Positions 37,487-46,361 of a DNA stretch of 46,361 nt are shown piece by piece; the stretch's first letter is position 1, and each line of letters opens with the position of its first letter. This DNA is from Vulcanimicrobiota bacterium (lineage in GTDB: Bacteria > Vulcanimicrobiota > Vulcanimicrobiia > Vulcanimicrobiales > Vulcanimicrobiaceae): the NCBI GenBank assembly GCA_003135555.1, contig PLCF01000058.1, positions 27,433 through 73,793 of the forward strand. The letters are read 5' to 3'. The notes beneath the pieces are model-generated. The model saw only the letters and a list, made by a program, of their open reading frames with translations, had not been told where the DNA came from and ran no database searches. The position numbers were made by a program, and so were the translations under genes.

Positions 37487-38503
37487 ATGACTCTTTCTCG
37501 GAAGCGGTTGCTGGCGATCGGCGCCGGCGCGGGGGCCTTCGCGTCGGTGAGCGTGCTGCGGTGGCCCGGTGACGCCGCGCAGTATTCCTACAAGCTCGCC
37601 AACGATCAGACGCCGACGCACCCGATGAACGTCCACACCGCCGAGGCGATCAAACGCATCGCGGAGGCCTCGGGCGGCCAGCTCGAGGTCAAGGTGTTCC
37701 CCAGCAGCGTCCTCGGCTCGGATCCGCAGATGCTCGCGCAGCTGCGGTCCGGCGCGCTCGACCTCGTCCAAATGGGCAACAACATCATGGGATCGGTGAT
37801 CCCCGCCGCCGCGCTGCTGAGCGTGCCGTTCGCGTTCAAGAGCGCCCAACAGTATCAAACCGCCGCCAACGGTCCGCTGGGCGCCTACATCGGCAGCGCC
37901 GCTGCGAAGATCGGCCTGCGCAAGTTCGACGCGTCGTTCTACGGCGGCTTCTTCGAGGTCCAGAACCGCGTCCGGCCCATCAACGTACCGGCCGACTTCA
38001 AGGGCCTCAAGATCCGTGTCCCGCCCGGGCCCATCGACGTCGGCACGTTCAAGGCCTTCGATGCGTCACCGACGGTGATTACGCTGGCGGAAGTCTACAC
38101 GTCGCTGCAAACCCACGTGATCGACGGCATCGAGGTGCCGCTGCCGACGGTGCGCAACTTCAAGTTCTACGAACAAGTGAAGTACTGCTCGCTGACCCAT
38201 CACAGCGGCCTCTCGTACCTGCTGTTCGCGAACGCCGATGCGTGGCAGCGCCTACCCAAGAACCTGCAAGAGGTCCTCGACCGAGAGCTCGGCGCCGCAG
38301 GGGCCGCCGCGTCGAAGTCGATGGTGGCGCAGGAAGGCAGCGTCGAAGCGGAGCTCGTCGCGGACGGGATGGTGTTCAATCGGCCGGTGCTGGAGCCGTT
38401 CAGCCAAGTGATCCGCGCGTCGGGGCTGTACGGCCAGTTGCGCGATCAGTATGACGCCAAAGCGTGGGAGCTCCTCGAAAAGACGACCGGCAAGCTCGTG
38501 TAG
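37487..38503 (+). CDS. dctP: TRAP substrate-binding protein DctP (no adjacent permease)
   Basis: FPSSVLGSD..ML.QLRSG, DFKGLKIRVP, EVYTSLQT..IDG.E, FYE..KY. Confidence 0.9.
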   Translation: MTLSRKRLLAIGAGAGAFASVSVLRWPGDAAQYSYKLANDQTPTHPMNVHTAEAIKRIAEASGGQLEVKVFPSSVLGSDPQMLAQLRSGALDLVQMGNNIMGSVIPAAALLSVPFAFKSAQQYQTAANGPLGAYIGSAAAKIGLRKFDASFYGGFFEVQNRVRPINVPADFKGLKIRVPPGPIDVGTFKAFDASPTVITLAEVYTSLQTHVIDGIEVPLPTVRNFKFYEQVKYCSLTHHSGLSYLLFANADAWQRLPKNLQEVLDRELGAAGAAASKSMVAQEGSVEAELVADGMVFNRPVLEPFSQVIRASGLYGQLRDQYDAKAWELLEKTTGKLV

Positions 38504-38507
38504 CGCG

Positions 38508-39089
38508 TCAGCGCAGCCGCTTCATGCTCAGGATGCGGATCGGCGGCTCGAGCGACTGGCCTTTGGCCGGCGAGCGCTGGATGCGCCGCACCACGTCGGC
38601 GCCGCGCACGACCCGGCCGAACGCCGCGTAGCCCGCACCGGTCGGACCGCCGCCGTCGAGGAAGCGGTTGTCCCCGATGCAGATGAAAAACTCCGTGGAG
38701 GCGGAGTTCGGGTCGGCGGTGCGCGCCATCGAGATCGCGCCGTCAACGTTGTGCAACCCGGTCTTGCCGGTCGGTTCGAGCGGGATCGGGTGGATCATCG
38801 GGTTGGCGGTTTGCGGGTTGAGCCCGCCCTGGATGACCTCGATCTTGGACTGCGGTTCGCTCGCGCGGCGGACCGTGCGATAGAAGCTGGTCCCGTTGTA
38901 GGTGGCCAGATCGACGTAGTGCAGAAAGTTCTGCGCCGTGAGCGGCGCGTGTGCGGTGTCGAGACGAACCACGATCGTCCCCGCCGAGGTGGCGATCGCG
39001 ACGTCGACCGGCGCGCCGCCGCGGGCTGCTGCGGCGAGCGCGAGCGAGAGGCTTGCAAGCACCGCGAGCTTCGTCACCATGCCGGTCAT
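38508..39089 (-). CDS. Cyclophilin-type peptidyl-prolyl cis-trans isomerase (exported)
   Basis: AP.T..NFL.YV, FYR, IQGG, GAISMAR, SA..EFFI, GYAAFGRVV.G; signal peptide. Confidence 0.9.
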   Translation of the reverse strand: MTGMVTKLAVLASLSLALAAAARGGAPVDVAIATSAGTIVVRLDTAHAPLTAQNFLHYVDLATYNGTSFYRTVRRASEPQSKIEVIQGGLNPQTANPMIHPIPLEPTGKTGLHNVDGAISMARTADPNSASTEFFICIGDNRFLDGGGPTGAGYAAFGRVVRGADVVRRIQRSPAKGQSLEPPIRILSMKRLR

Positions 39090-40330
39090 CGCGCCATCGT
39101 TCGCGCCGGGGGACGGCGATCATGCCATGCCGTCACGCGCTGGTAGGTCCGGCCCAGCTCGAAGACGGCCGGCAACGCGCCGGCGCAGCCGATGATCTGC
39201 ATCCCCAGCGGCATCCCGTGCGGGCCGAAGCCGATCGGCACCGCCGCGACGGGCAGCCCGAAGATGCTCGCGGGCGTGACCAGCGGGATCGTGTCGTCGC
39301 GGAAGTTCTTGGGGGCGGGAGCGACGGGCGCTTCGGTTCCCGTCGCGGGCGCCAGGGCGGCGTCGTATCCGGCGGTCGCCGCGTTCCACGATTCGCGCGC
39401 GCGCGCCGCGGTCGCACGCGCGTCGAGTTCGTCGGCCGCACCCACGGCCAGCGCGTGCGCGACGCGCGCCCGAACGTCCTCGCCGTAGTCGGCGCTGTGC
39501 TGCGCGAACAGCGGTGCGTGCACCCGGGCCGCTGCGCGTTGTTGCACGACGGCGACCGCGGGCACGAGCGCATCGTCCCACCAGGTGACGTCGTCGACGC
39601 GGATCCCCGCCTCGCACAAGGCGGCGATCGCGGCGTCGAGTGCGGCGCCGACGGCGGGATCGACGCGTTCCCACGCTCCGCCACGCAAGCGGCATACGCG
39701 CCGCACGAGCGTGGCGGGCACGGTGGAACCGGCGAGGACCTCGTAGACGCGGCGCACGCTCGCGAGGTCGCGCGCGAACGGCCCGACCGTGTCGAGGCCG
39801 AGCGCGAGCGGAAAGATGCCGTCGAGCGGCAGCGCTCCGGTTGCCGGACGCAATCCGCTGATCCCGTTGAGCGCGGCTGGGATACGAATCGAGCCCAGCG
39901 TGTCGGTGCCCAGCGCGATGTCGGCCAGGTCCGCTGCGACGGCGGCCCCGGACCCGCCGCTCGAGCCGCCCACGATGCGGGCGGTGTCCCAGGGGTTGGC
40001 GGTGCGCCCGAAGTGCGGGTTCTCGGTGGTGACGCCCCAGGCGAACTCGTGCGTGTTCGTCTTCCCGATCACCAGCGCGCCGGCGGCGCGCAGCGCGGCG
40101 ACGACGGGCGCGTCGCGCTGCGGGTCGCGGCGGTAGAACGACGACCCGGCGCGCGTCGGCAGGCCGGCGACGTCGATGATGTCCTTGACGGCGAGGGTTT
40201 GGCCGTGCAACGGCCCGCGCGCGCCCGGCGCGAGCGCGTCGAGGCGCGCGGCCTCGCGCAGTACGGTATCTTCGTCGAGCGCGACGTAGCAGCGCAACTG
40301 CGCGTCCACGTCGCGAACGCGCGCCAGCAA
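39086..40330 (-). CDS. Amidase signature family protein
   Basis: GPLHG...AVKD, GKTNTHEFA, NPWD, GGSSGGS, GTDTLGSIRIPA; start uncertain (TTG, no RBS). Confidence 0.88.
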   Translation of the reverse strand: MLARVRDVDAQLRCYVALDEDTVLREAARLDALAPGARGPLHGQTLAVKDIIDVAGLPTRAGSSFYRRDPQRDAPVVAALRAAGALVIGKTNTHEFAWGVTTENPHFGRTANPWDTARIVGGSSGGSGAAVAADLADIALGTDTLGSIRIPAALNGISGLRPATGALPLDGIFPLALGLDTVGPFARDLASVRRVYEVLAGSTVPATLVRRVCRLRGGAWERVDPAVGAALDAAIAALCEAGIRVDDVTWWDDALVPAVAVVQQRAAARVHAPLFAQHSADYGEDVRARVAHALAVGAADELDARATAARARESWNAATAGYDAALAPATGTEAPVAPAPKNFRDDTIPLVTPASIFGLPVAAVPIGFGPHGMPLGMQIIGCAGALPAVFELGRTYQRVTAWHDRRPPARTMAR

Positions 40331-40361
40331 GCTGCGCGCGCGTTCGACGACGTTCGCGTCG

Positions 40362-41348
40362 TTAGTTGGAGTCGCGGTCGCGGCGGTCGTCCCCGTCGCC
40401 GGTCGCGATGCGGACCTCGAACTGCGGGTGGTTCACGGTCCAGCATCCGGGAGCCGTGTCGAGCCGGAAACTGCTCGTCGCCGTTGGGACGCAGTATTGG
40501 GACGGCTGAGCGAAGTTGTCGAAAACGCCGTTGGGGTCGATCGGGCTGCCGACCGGGCCGCCGGTGCCGTCGGCGCTGATGTTGAGCGAGTCGTAGCCGC
40601 AGCCGCCGGACGACGTGTAGCATGGGGCCGATTGACCGATCGGGCTAGGGCCGTAGTGGCTCGTATTATAGACCAAGCTGACGATGGTCTGGGCCGGGAG
40701 GGTCGCCCGTGGCGCGCTGAAGTTGAAGACGATGATGTTGGCCAGCCCGTGAACGCACGCGGCATCGACCTTGCTGAAGAACGTCTGGCCGTCCGGACAT
40801 TTCACGTGATCCGACGACGGGCGATAGGGGATGTTGAACGTCTTCGTCTGCGTGGCGAGCAGCGCACCGACGTGCGTGGCGTTCGTGCTGCTGTACGCGT
40901 ACACGTTGACGGTGAAGGGGACCGGGAACGTCGGGTTTCCGATCGTGACGCAGTCGCTCGAGAACCAGTGACCGCTCTGACAGCCCCACGAGCTCAGGAC
41001 GTACCGGACCCGCTGCAACTTGCCGGTGTGCGTCAGGTTGACCCCGTCGCCGAACTCCGTCAAGGTCGTGGCCTCGAAGCCCACGCTGGCGACCGCTTTG
41101 AGGGGCTTGGGGATGCTGCCGTACACGACGGTGCCGACGCCGTCGTCGCCGTCGCCGGTGTCGGCGTTGTTAGCGCTGTTAGTGTCCGACGCGACGGCGC
41201 GGGTCGAAAGCGAGGCCGGATTGAGGCCGGTGGCGCCGGTAGGAACCGCCTGCCCGCTGCCGCTGCCGCCGGCGCAAGCGCTGATCGCGCCGGCCGCGCA
41301 GAGCGCAAGCAGCGTGCGGAGAGTTTGTAAGGTACGGACAGTCTGCAT
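40362..41348 (-). CDS. Hypothetical Cys-rich lipoprotein
   Basis: AAGGA RBS; lipobox AISAC-AGG; beta-rich body with 8 Cys. Confidence 0.75.
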   Translation of the reverse strand: MQTVRTLQTLRTLLALCAAGAISACAGGSGSGQAVPTGATGLNPASLSTRAVASDTNSANNADTGDGDDGVGTVVYGSIPKPLKAVASVGFEATTLTEFGDGVNLTHTGKLQRVRYVLSSWGCQSGHWFSSDCVTIGNPTFPVPFTVNVYAYSSTNATHVGALLATQTKTFNIPYRPSSDHVKCPDGQTFFSKVDAACVHGLANIIVFNFSAPRATLPAQTIVSLVYNTSHYGPSPIGQSAPCYTSSGGCGYDSLNISADGTGGPVGSPIDPNGVFDNFAQPSQYCVPTATSSFRLDTAPGCWTVNHPQFEVRIATGDGDDRRDRDSN

Positions 41349-41436
41349 TCGGAGGTCCTTTTCGGCGCACGCGTTCGGGCCGTGGAAGTAAGCAGGGACA
41401 TGGAGGGGCCGCCTGTGAAGGCGGCCCACCCAACCC

Positions 41437-41465
41437 ACGTTAGCGTCTTGCGCGGCCGCGGTCAA
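41437..41465 (-). promoter_or_regulatory. Sigma70-type promoter of the lipoprotein gene
   Basis: TTGACC-17 nt-TAACGT on the minus strand, followed by a 9-bp 5' hairpin at 41406-41427. Confidence 0.6.
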
Positions 41466-41512
41466 CTACGCTGTCAGGGAGTTTTCCATCGTGTCGCGGG
41501 CGCCGGCGCGGT

Positions 41513-43597
41513 TTACCAGATCTGGCAGCGGTCCTTGCGCACCATCTTGTCGCTCGCGGCACACCCGAACGCCGCCTGGAACTCGGGCATGTTCGAGAGC
41601 GTCCCGATGACGCGGAACTTCTCGACGGGGTGCTCGTTGGTCGCCGCGATTTGGCGCACGAAGCCCTCGGTTGCGATCGAGCGCCAGACCTGCGCGTAGG
41701 CGAGGAAGAAGCGCTGTTCGGGCGTGTAGCCGTCGAGCGATGCATGGGCCTTGGCCTGGGGTGTCCGCTCGAACGCGCGGTAGGCGATCGTCAGGCCGCC
41801 CAGATCGGCGATCGCTTCGCCTTGCACGAGGCGGCCGTTCTCATGTGCGCCCGGCGCCGGTTCGAACGCGTCGAACTCGTCGACGATGCACTGCGCGCGC
41901 GTCTTGAACGCCGCCGCGTCGGCCGGCGTCCACCAGTCGGTCAGGTTGCCTCGTCCGTCGAATTGGCGTCCTTGATCGTCGAAACCGTGGGTCATCTCGT
42001 GACCGATCACGGCGCCGATCGCGCCGTAGTTGACCGCATCGTCGGCCGCCGCGTTGAAGAACGGCGGCCCGAGGATTCCGGCCGGAAAGACGATCTCGTT
42101 GTTGGACGGATTGTAGTAGGCGTTCACCGTCGGCGGCGACATGTTCCAGCGGCCGCGATCGGTCGCCGTCCCGATCCGTGCGATCGTCCGAGCAGCGCCC
42201 CAGCGCCGCACCGCCAGCACGTCGGATGCATAGGGCGCATTCTCCAGCCGCAGCGCCGAGTAGTCGTCCCACCGGTCGGGATACCCGATCTTCTTGGTGA
42301 ACGCGGCGAGCTTCTCGACCGCACGCGTCTTCGTCTGCGGGCTCATCCACGCGAGCGTGCCGATGTCGTCGTGCAGCGTTGCGATGAGATTATCGACGAG
42401 CTCGAGCGCGCGCTTCTTGGCCGCGGGCGGAAACGCCGCGGCGACGTAGGCTTTTCCGAGCGGGTCGCGCAGCGCCGCATCGGTTGCGGCGGTGCAGCGT
42501 TGCCAGCGCGGTAGCTGCTCCTTCACCCCGAGCAGCACGCCGCTGCGGAAGGCGTGGGAAGCGGTTTCGAAGCGCTGGGGCAGCGTTCCCGAGAACGAGT
42601 CCGCGACGTGGAAGCGCAAGTACGATTTCCACACCTCGAGCGGCGTCGTCGCGAGCGCTTCGTCGTAGGCGCTCAGGTACGACGGTACCGAAACGTTGAC
42701 GGTCTCGAACGGCGGCGCCGCGTAGCTGGCGAAGACCGTCTGCCACGGGATGTGCGGCGCGAGCTTCGCCAAGCCGGCGACCGGCGTCGGATTGTAGGTC
42801 TTGTACGGATCGCGCAAGTCGGCGCGCTTGGGCGTCGCTTTCGCGAGCGCGGTCTCCAGGGCGATCACCCCGTCCGCTTCGCGTTGCGCCGACCCCGCAG
42901 CGTCGCCGAGGTTTTGCAACTGCGCCGCGACATACTCGCGGTACGCGCTGCGGATTCCGGCGGCGCGCTCACCTTCGTTGAAGTAGTAGTCGCGGTCGGG
43001 CAGGCCGAGGCCGCCGAACGACAGGCTGGCGATTTGGCGGCTGGAGTTCTTCGTGTCGGCGCGCGAGGAGAGCGGGATGCCGCCGTACGCCCCGTCACGC
43101 TGCAGCGCTGCGATCGCTCCGGCCAGCGACGCTACGTCGTGGGCGGCGGCGATCGTGCCCAGCAGCGGCGCGATCGGGGTGGTGCCGGCCTTCTCGATCG
43201 CGTCGGTATCCATGCACGCGCGGTAGAACGAGCCGAGCTTTTGGACGTCGCTGCCGGCGGGCGCGCCGGTGGCCTGCGCGTCCGCCTCGAGGATCGTGTG
43301 CAGCTCGTCGCGATTGCGCTGCGCCAGCTCGTCGAAGCCGCCCCAGCGCGGACGGCCCGTCGGAAGCGCGTGCGTCTTGATCCAGCCGCCGGTCGCAAAC
43401 TGGTAAAAGTCGTCGCAGGCCTTGCAGGTCGGGTCGAAATTCGCGGGATCGATCGCCGGTCCGGCGGCACCGGCCGACGCGGCGGCGCGTGCCGTTGCGG
43501 CGAGGTTCGGCAACGACGTCGCGAGCAGGGCCACGAAGGCGGCGGCGCCGAGCGCGCGCACCGCGAGACGAGCGGGGTTGATCACCAGATTTGACAC
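41513..43597 (-). CDS. M13 family metallopeptidase (neprilysin/PepO-like), copy 1
   Basis: C.DFYQFA.GGW, LGLPDRDYY, KIGYPD, VNAYY, NEIVFPAGIL, GHEMTHGFDDQG, GEAIADLGG, C.IW. Start at 43597 or 43585. Confidence 0.95.
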   Translation of the reverse strand: MSNLVINPARLAVRALGAAAFVALLATSLPNLAATARAAASAGAAGPAIDPANFDPTCKACDDFYQFATGGWIKTHALPTGRPRWGGFDELAQRNRDELHTILEADAQATGAPAGSDVQKLGSFYRACMDTDAIEKAGTTPIAPLLGTIAAAHDVASLAGAIAALQRDGAYGGIPLSSRADTKNSSRQIASLSFGGLGLPDRDYYFNEGERAAGIRSAYREYVAAQLQNLGDAAGSAQREADGVIALETALAKATPKRADLRDPYKTYNPTPVAGLAKLAPHIPWQTVFASYAAPPFETVNVSVPSYLSAYDEALATTPLEVWKSYLRFHVADSFSGTLPQRFETASHAFRSGVLLGVKEQLPRWQRCTAATDAALRDPLGKAYVAAAFPPAAKKRALELVDNLIATLHDDIGTLAWMSPQTKTRAVEKLAAFTKKIGYPDRWDDYSALRLENAPYASDVLAVRRWGAARTIARIGTATDRGRWNMSPPTVNAYYNPSNNEIVFPAGILGPPFFNAAADDAVNYGAIGAVIGHEMTHGFDDQGRQFDGRGNLTDWWTPADAAAFKTRAQCIVDEFDAFEPAPGAHENGRLVQGEAIADLGGLTIAYRAFERTPQAKAHASLDGYTPEQRFFLAYAQVWRSIATEGFVRQIAATNEHPVEKFRVIGTLSNMPEFQAAFGCAASDKMVRKDRCQIW

Positions 43598-45657
43598 CGA
43601 TCCTTACGTACCATGGGGGTGCTCGCCGCGCACTGGAACGCCGCCGCAAACTCGGGCATGTTGGAAAGCGTTCCGATCACCCGCAAACGGTCGTTCGCGT
43701 GCGAGTCTTGGACTGCGAGCCGGCGGGTGTAGTCCTCGGTCTGGATCGAGCGCCAAACCTGCGCGTAGGCCAAGAAGAACCGCTGCTCGGGCGTGTAGCC
43801 GCCGATCCGTTGGTGGGCCTGGTACTCGCGCGTGCGCTGGAACGCTTTGAAGGCGATCGTCGTACCCCCGAGATCGGCGATCGCCTCGCCCGCCACGAGT
43901 TTCCCGTTCATGTGCAAGCCCGGGAGCGATTCGAGCGCCTCGTACTCGGTGACGATGCATTGCGCGCGAGCGTCGAACGCCGTGCCGTCCTGCGGGGTCC
44001 ACCACTCGGCCAGATTGCCGTGCGCGTCGAAGAGCCGGCCTTTGTCGTCGAACGCATGCGTCATCTCGTGGCCGATCACGGCGCCGATCGCGCCGTAGTT
44101 CACCGCGTCGTCCGCGGCGGCGTTGAAGAACGGCGGCTCGAGGATACCGGCGGGAAACACGATCTCGTTGTTGGCCGGATCGTAGTACGCGTTCACGGTT
44201 GCCGTGCTCATGCCCCACAGCGTGCGGTCGGTAGCCTTTCCGATTCGCGCCATGTCGCGGGCGTGGTTCCAGGCGCGAACGCGCTGCACGAGCGCGGCGT
44301 ACGGCGCGTCTGCGGAGATCGGCAACGACGCATAGTCGACCCACGCATCCGGGTACCCGATCTTCTTGGCCATGGCGGCGAGCTTTGCTTGCGCGTGCGC
44401 TTTGGTTTGGGGCCCCATCCAGGTCAGCTGAGCGATGTCGTCGCGTAGGACCGCCTGCAGGTTGGCGACGAGGTCGCTCGCGCGGCGCTTCGCCGCGGGC
44501 GGGAAGTTGCGCGCGACGTACGCCTTTCCCAGCGGCGTGCGCAGCGAGCTGTCGGCGGTAGAGGCGCAGCGCTGCCAGCGCGGGAGCTGCTCGGTCACGC
44601 CGAAGAGGACCCCGCTGCGGAAGTGGAAGCTCGCGTCGGCGAACCGTTGCGGGAGCGAACTGCCGTAGGAGTCGATGATGTGAAAGCGCAGAAAGGCTTG
44701 CCACGTCGCGGGCGGCAGCTGCGCGAGCTGCGCGTCGTACGCGCTCACGTAGGCGGGGATGCCGACGTCGACGATCTCGAACCGCGGCGCGCCGACTTGG
44801 TCGAAGAACGCACGCCACGGAACGTGCGAGCCGAGCGCGGGCAGATCCGCGAGCTTGGTCGGATGGTACGTCGCCTTGGGATCGCGCAGCTCCACGCGGG
44901 TCGGCGTCGCTTTTGCCAGCGCGGTTTCGAGCTCGAGGATGGCCGCGGACTCACGCGCAGCAGCCGGTGCGTCGTCGCCCAGGTTGCGCAACTGCGTGGC
45001 GACGTAGTCGCGGTAGGCGGCGCGGATCTTTAGGGTACGCTCGTCATCCTTGAGGTAGTAGTCGCGATCGGGCAGCCCCACGCCGCCCATGCCGATCCCG
45101 GCGATGGTCGTCGAGGAGTCGACGGTGTCGGGGGTCGACTCGAACTCCATCCCCGAGTTGACGCCTTGCGTCTGCAGTTTCGCGACCTCAAGGGCGATCG
45201 CGGAGACGCTCCGGGCGGCCGCGACGTCGCGCAGCAGCGGGTCGATCGGCGCGGTTCCGGCCCGTTCGATCGCCGCGGTATCCATGCAGCTGCGGTAGAA
45301 CGTGCCGAGTTGCTGGGCGTCGCTGCCGGCCGGCGCGTCGCCGATCTTGGCGGCGTCCTCGAGGATCGCGTGAAGCGCGTCGCGATTGCGCTGCGCCAGC
45401 TCGTCAAAACCACCCCAGCTCGGATGGCCCGCCGGGATCGCGTGTGTCTTGCGCCAGCCGCCCGTGGCGAAGGCGTAGAAGTCGTCGCAGGCTTTGCAGG
45501 TTGGGTCGACATCGGCCGGGTCGAGCGCGGGCGCGGCGAAGCCTGCCGGCGCGCCCTGCGCGCGCGCGCCGGCGGCCCACGGGGGCAACGTGATCGCGAT
45601 CAGCGCGGTGAGCGCCGCTGCGCCGGCCATGCGGACGGCAAAGCGGATGGGGTGCAC
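43582..45657 (-). CDS. M13 family metallopeptidase, copy 2
   Basis: Same motif set (GHEMTHAFDD, GEAIADLGG); GGAG before GTG 45657; signal peptide. Confidence 0.95.
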   Translation of the reverse strand: MHPIRFAVRMAGAAALTALIAITLPPWAAGARAQGAPAGFAAPALDPADVDPTCKACDDFYAFATGGWRKTHAIPAGHPSWGGFDELAQRNRDALHAILEDAAKIGDAPAGSDAQQLGTFYRSCMDTAAIERAGTAPIDPLLRDVAAARSVSAIALEVAKLQTQGVNSGMEFESTPDTVDSSTTIAGIGMGGVGLPDRDYYLKDDERTLKIRAAYRDYVATQLRNLGDDAPAAARESAAILELETALAKATPTRVELRDPKATYHPTKLADLPALGSHVPWRAFFDQVGAPRFEIVDVGIPAYVSAYDAQLAQLPPATWQAFLRFHIIDSYGSSLPQRFADASFHFRSGVLFGVTEQLPRWQRCASTADSSLRTPLGKAYVARNFPPAAKRRASDLVANLQAVLRDDIAQLTWMGPQTKAHAQAKLAAMAKKIGYPDAWVDYASLPISADAPYAALVQRVRAWNHARDMARIGKATDRTLWGMSTATVNAYYDPANNEIVFPAGILEPPFFNAAADDAVNYGAIGAVIGHEMTHAFDDKGRLFDAHGNLAEWWTPQDGTAFDARAQCIVTEYEALESLPGLHMNGKLVAGEAIADLGGTTIAFKAFQRTREYQAHQRIGGYTPEQRFFLAYAQVWRSIQTEDYTRRLAVQDSHANDRLRVIGTLSNMPEFAAAFQCAASTPMVRKDRCQIW

Positions 45658-45765
45658 AGGAGCGGTCTCCGAAAGAAATAGGAACACCCGGCGAAACGTC
45701 CCGGGCTTTCACGTCGCCGGGGGTTCGGCCTCCCGAACCCAGGAGGCGTCAGCCGGCGCGGGCGG

Positions 45766-46361
45766 TCAGAACTTGTAGCCTGACCCCGGCGGGAACATCC
45801 CCTTGGGCTTGCGGACCGGCTTGTAGGCCGTACTTCGGGCGGCCGATGCGGCGACCGCGCGCGGCGACTGGCCCAGCGGCGTGGCGTTCGCGACGCTCGA
45901 GGAGTACCGGCCGAACAGCGTCGGGTTGGCTGCGAACTCGCGACGTAGGTCGTCGATGCGGTGCTGGTCGGTCGGGTGGTCGGAGAGCATCTCCATGCTG
46001 CCCCCGGTGTCGGCCTTTTCGAACTGTTGGAAGAGCCAGACCATGCCCCACGGGTTGGACCCGGCCTCAGCGCAGGTTTCGGCGCCCTTGCGGTCAGCCG
46101 CGCTCTCCACGTCGCGCGAGAAGGTCATCGTCTGCAAGGAGAAGCCGATGTTGGCAGCCGTGTCGACCGCCCGCTGAGCGCGTCCGCCGGTCGCCAGGTT
46201 CACCAGCAGGTCGCCGATGGTATAGGCGGTGGCAGTTTTCTGCTGCTTCTGGTAGAGGTGCAGGACGTCGTGATGGATGTCGTGCGACGTCTCGTGGCAC
46301 AGGACGCCGGCGAGCTCTTCGCGGTTCTGCACGAACTTCATCAGCGAGTCGGTGACGTAGA
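45766..46361 (-). CDS. M48 family metallopeptidase (5' end outside window)
   Basis: YVTDSLM...ELAGVLCHETSH (HExxH), FSR..E..AD..G, LSDHP....RI. Confidence 0.88.
   Translation of the reverse strand, partial: YVTDSLMKFVQNREELAGVLCHETSHDIHHDVLHLYQKQQKTATAYTIGDLLVNLATGGRAQRAVDTAANIGFSLQTMTFSRDVESAADRKGAETCAEAGSNPWGMVWLFQQFEKADTGGSMEMLSDHPTDQHRIDDLRREFAANPTLFGRYSSSVANATPLGQSPRAVAASAARSTAYKPVRKPKGMFPPGSGYKF

Noticed and set aside
45721..45740. Hairpin GGGTTCGG/CCGAACCC between the M48 and M13 genes (similar one at 4264-4288)
   Set aside because: No T tract and no riboswitch consensus; cannot be assigned a function.

Overview
A GC-rich (about 70% in a hand-counted 60-nt coding sample) bacterial chromosome segment. 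Gene content and style suggest, by inference only, a Candidatus Eremiobacterota (Vulcanimicrobiota/WPS-2)-like soil organism. In order: a YtrA-type GntR regulator with a partial ABC ATPase; a GntR/FadR-controlled TRAP transporter; a 3-amino-3,6-dideoxysugar and glycosyltransferase cassette; a lower-GC islet of small or decayed genes (about 7.6-10.45 kb); a TonB-dependent receptor, cupin and phosphoesterase; rplK-rplA without nusG; an FGE-family gene and secreted proteins; a complete protocatechuate 4,5-cleavage operon (ligK-U-J-I-A-B-C); a GNAT; rplJ-rplL, about 12 kb from rplA, with its own promoter, L10 leader and attenuator and not followed by rpoB; a pcaD-like gene and an uncharacterised uptake/catabolic operon; a PPIase, amidase and lipoprotein; two tandem M13 peptidases and a partial M48 peptidase. 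The best candidate for an undescribed system is in the islet: a 3-TM protein resembling Pycsar-type membrane effectors is overlapped at each end by a small Pro-rich ORF with its own RBS, and both peptides share the in-register motif P-x-A-x-x-M-[IV]-x-x-[LI]-R-[EK]-S. No tRNA, rRNA, CRISPR array, integrase or transposase was seen. All calls come from reading the sequence by eye; no searches were run.
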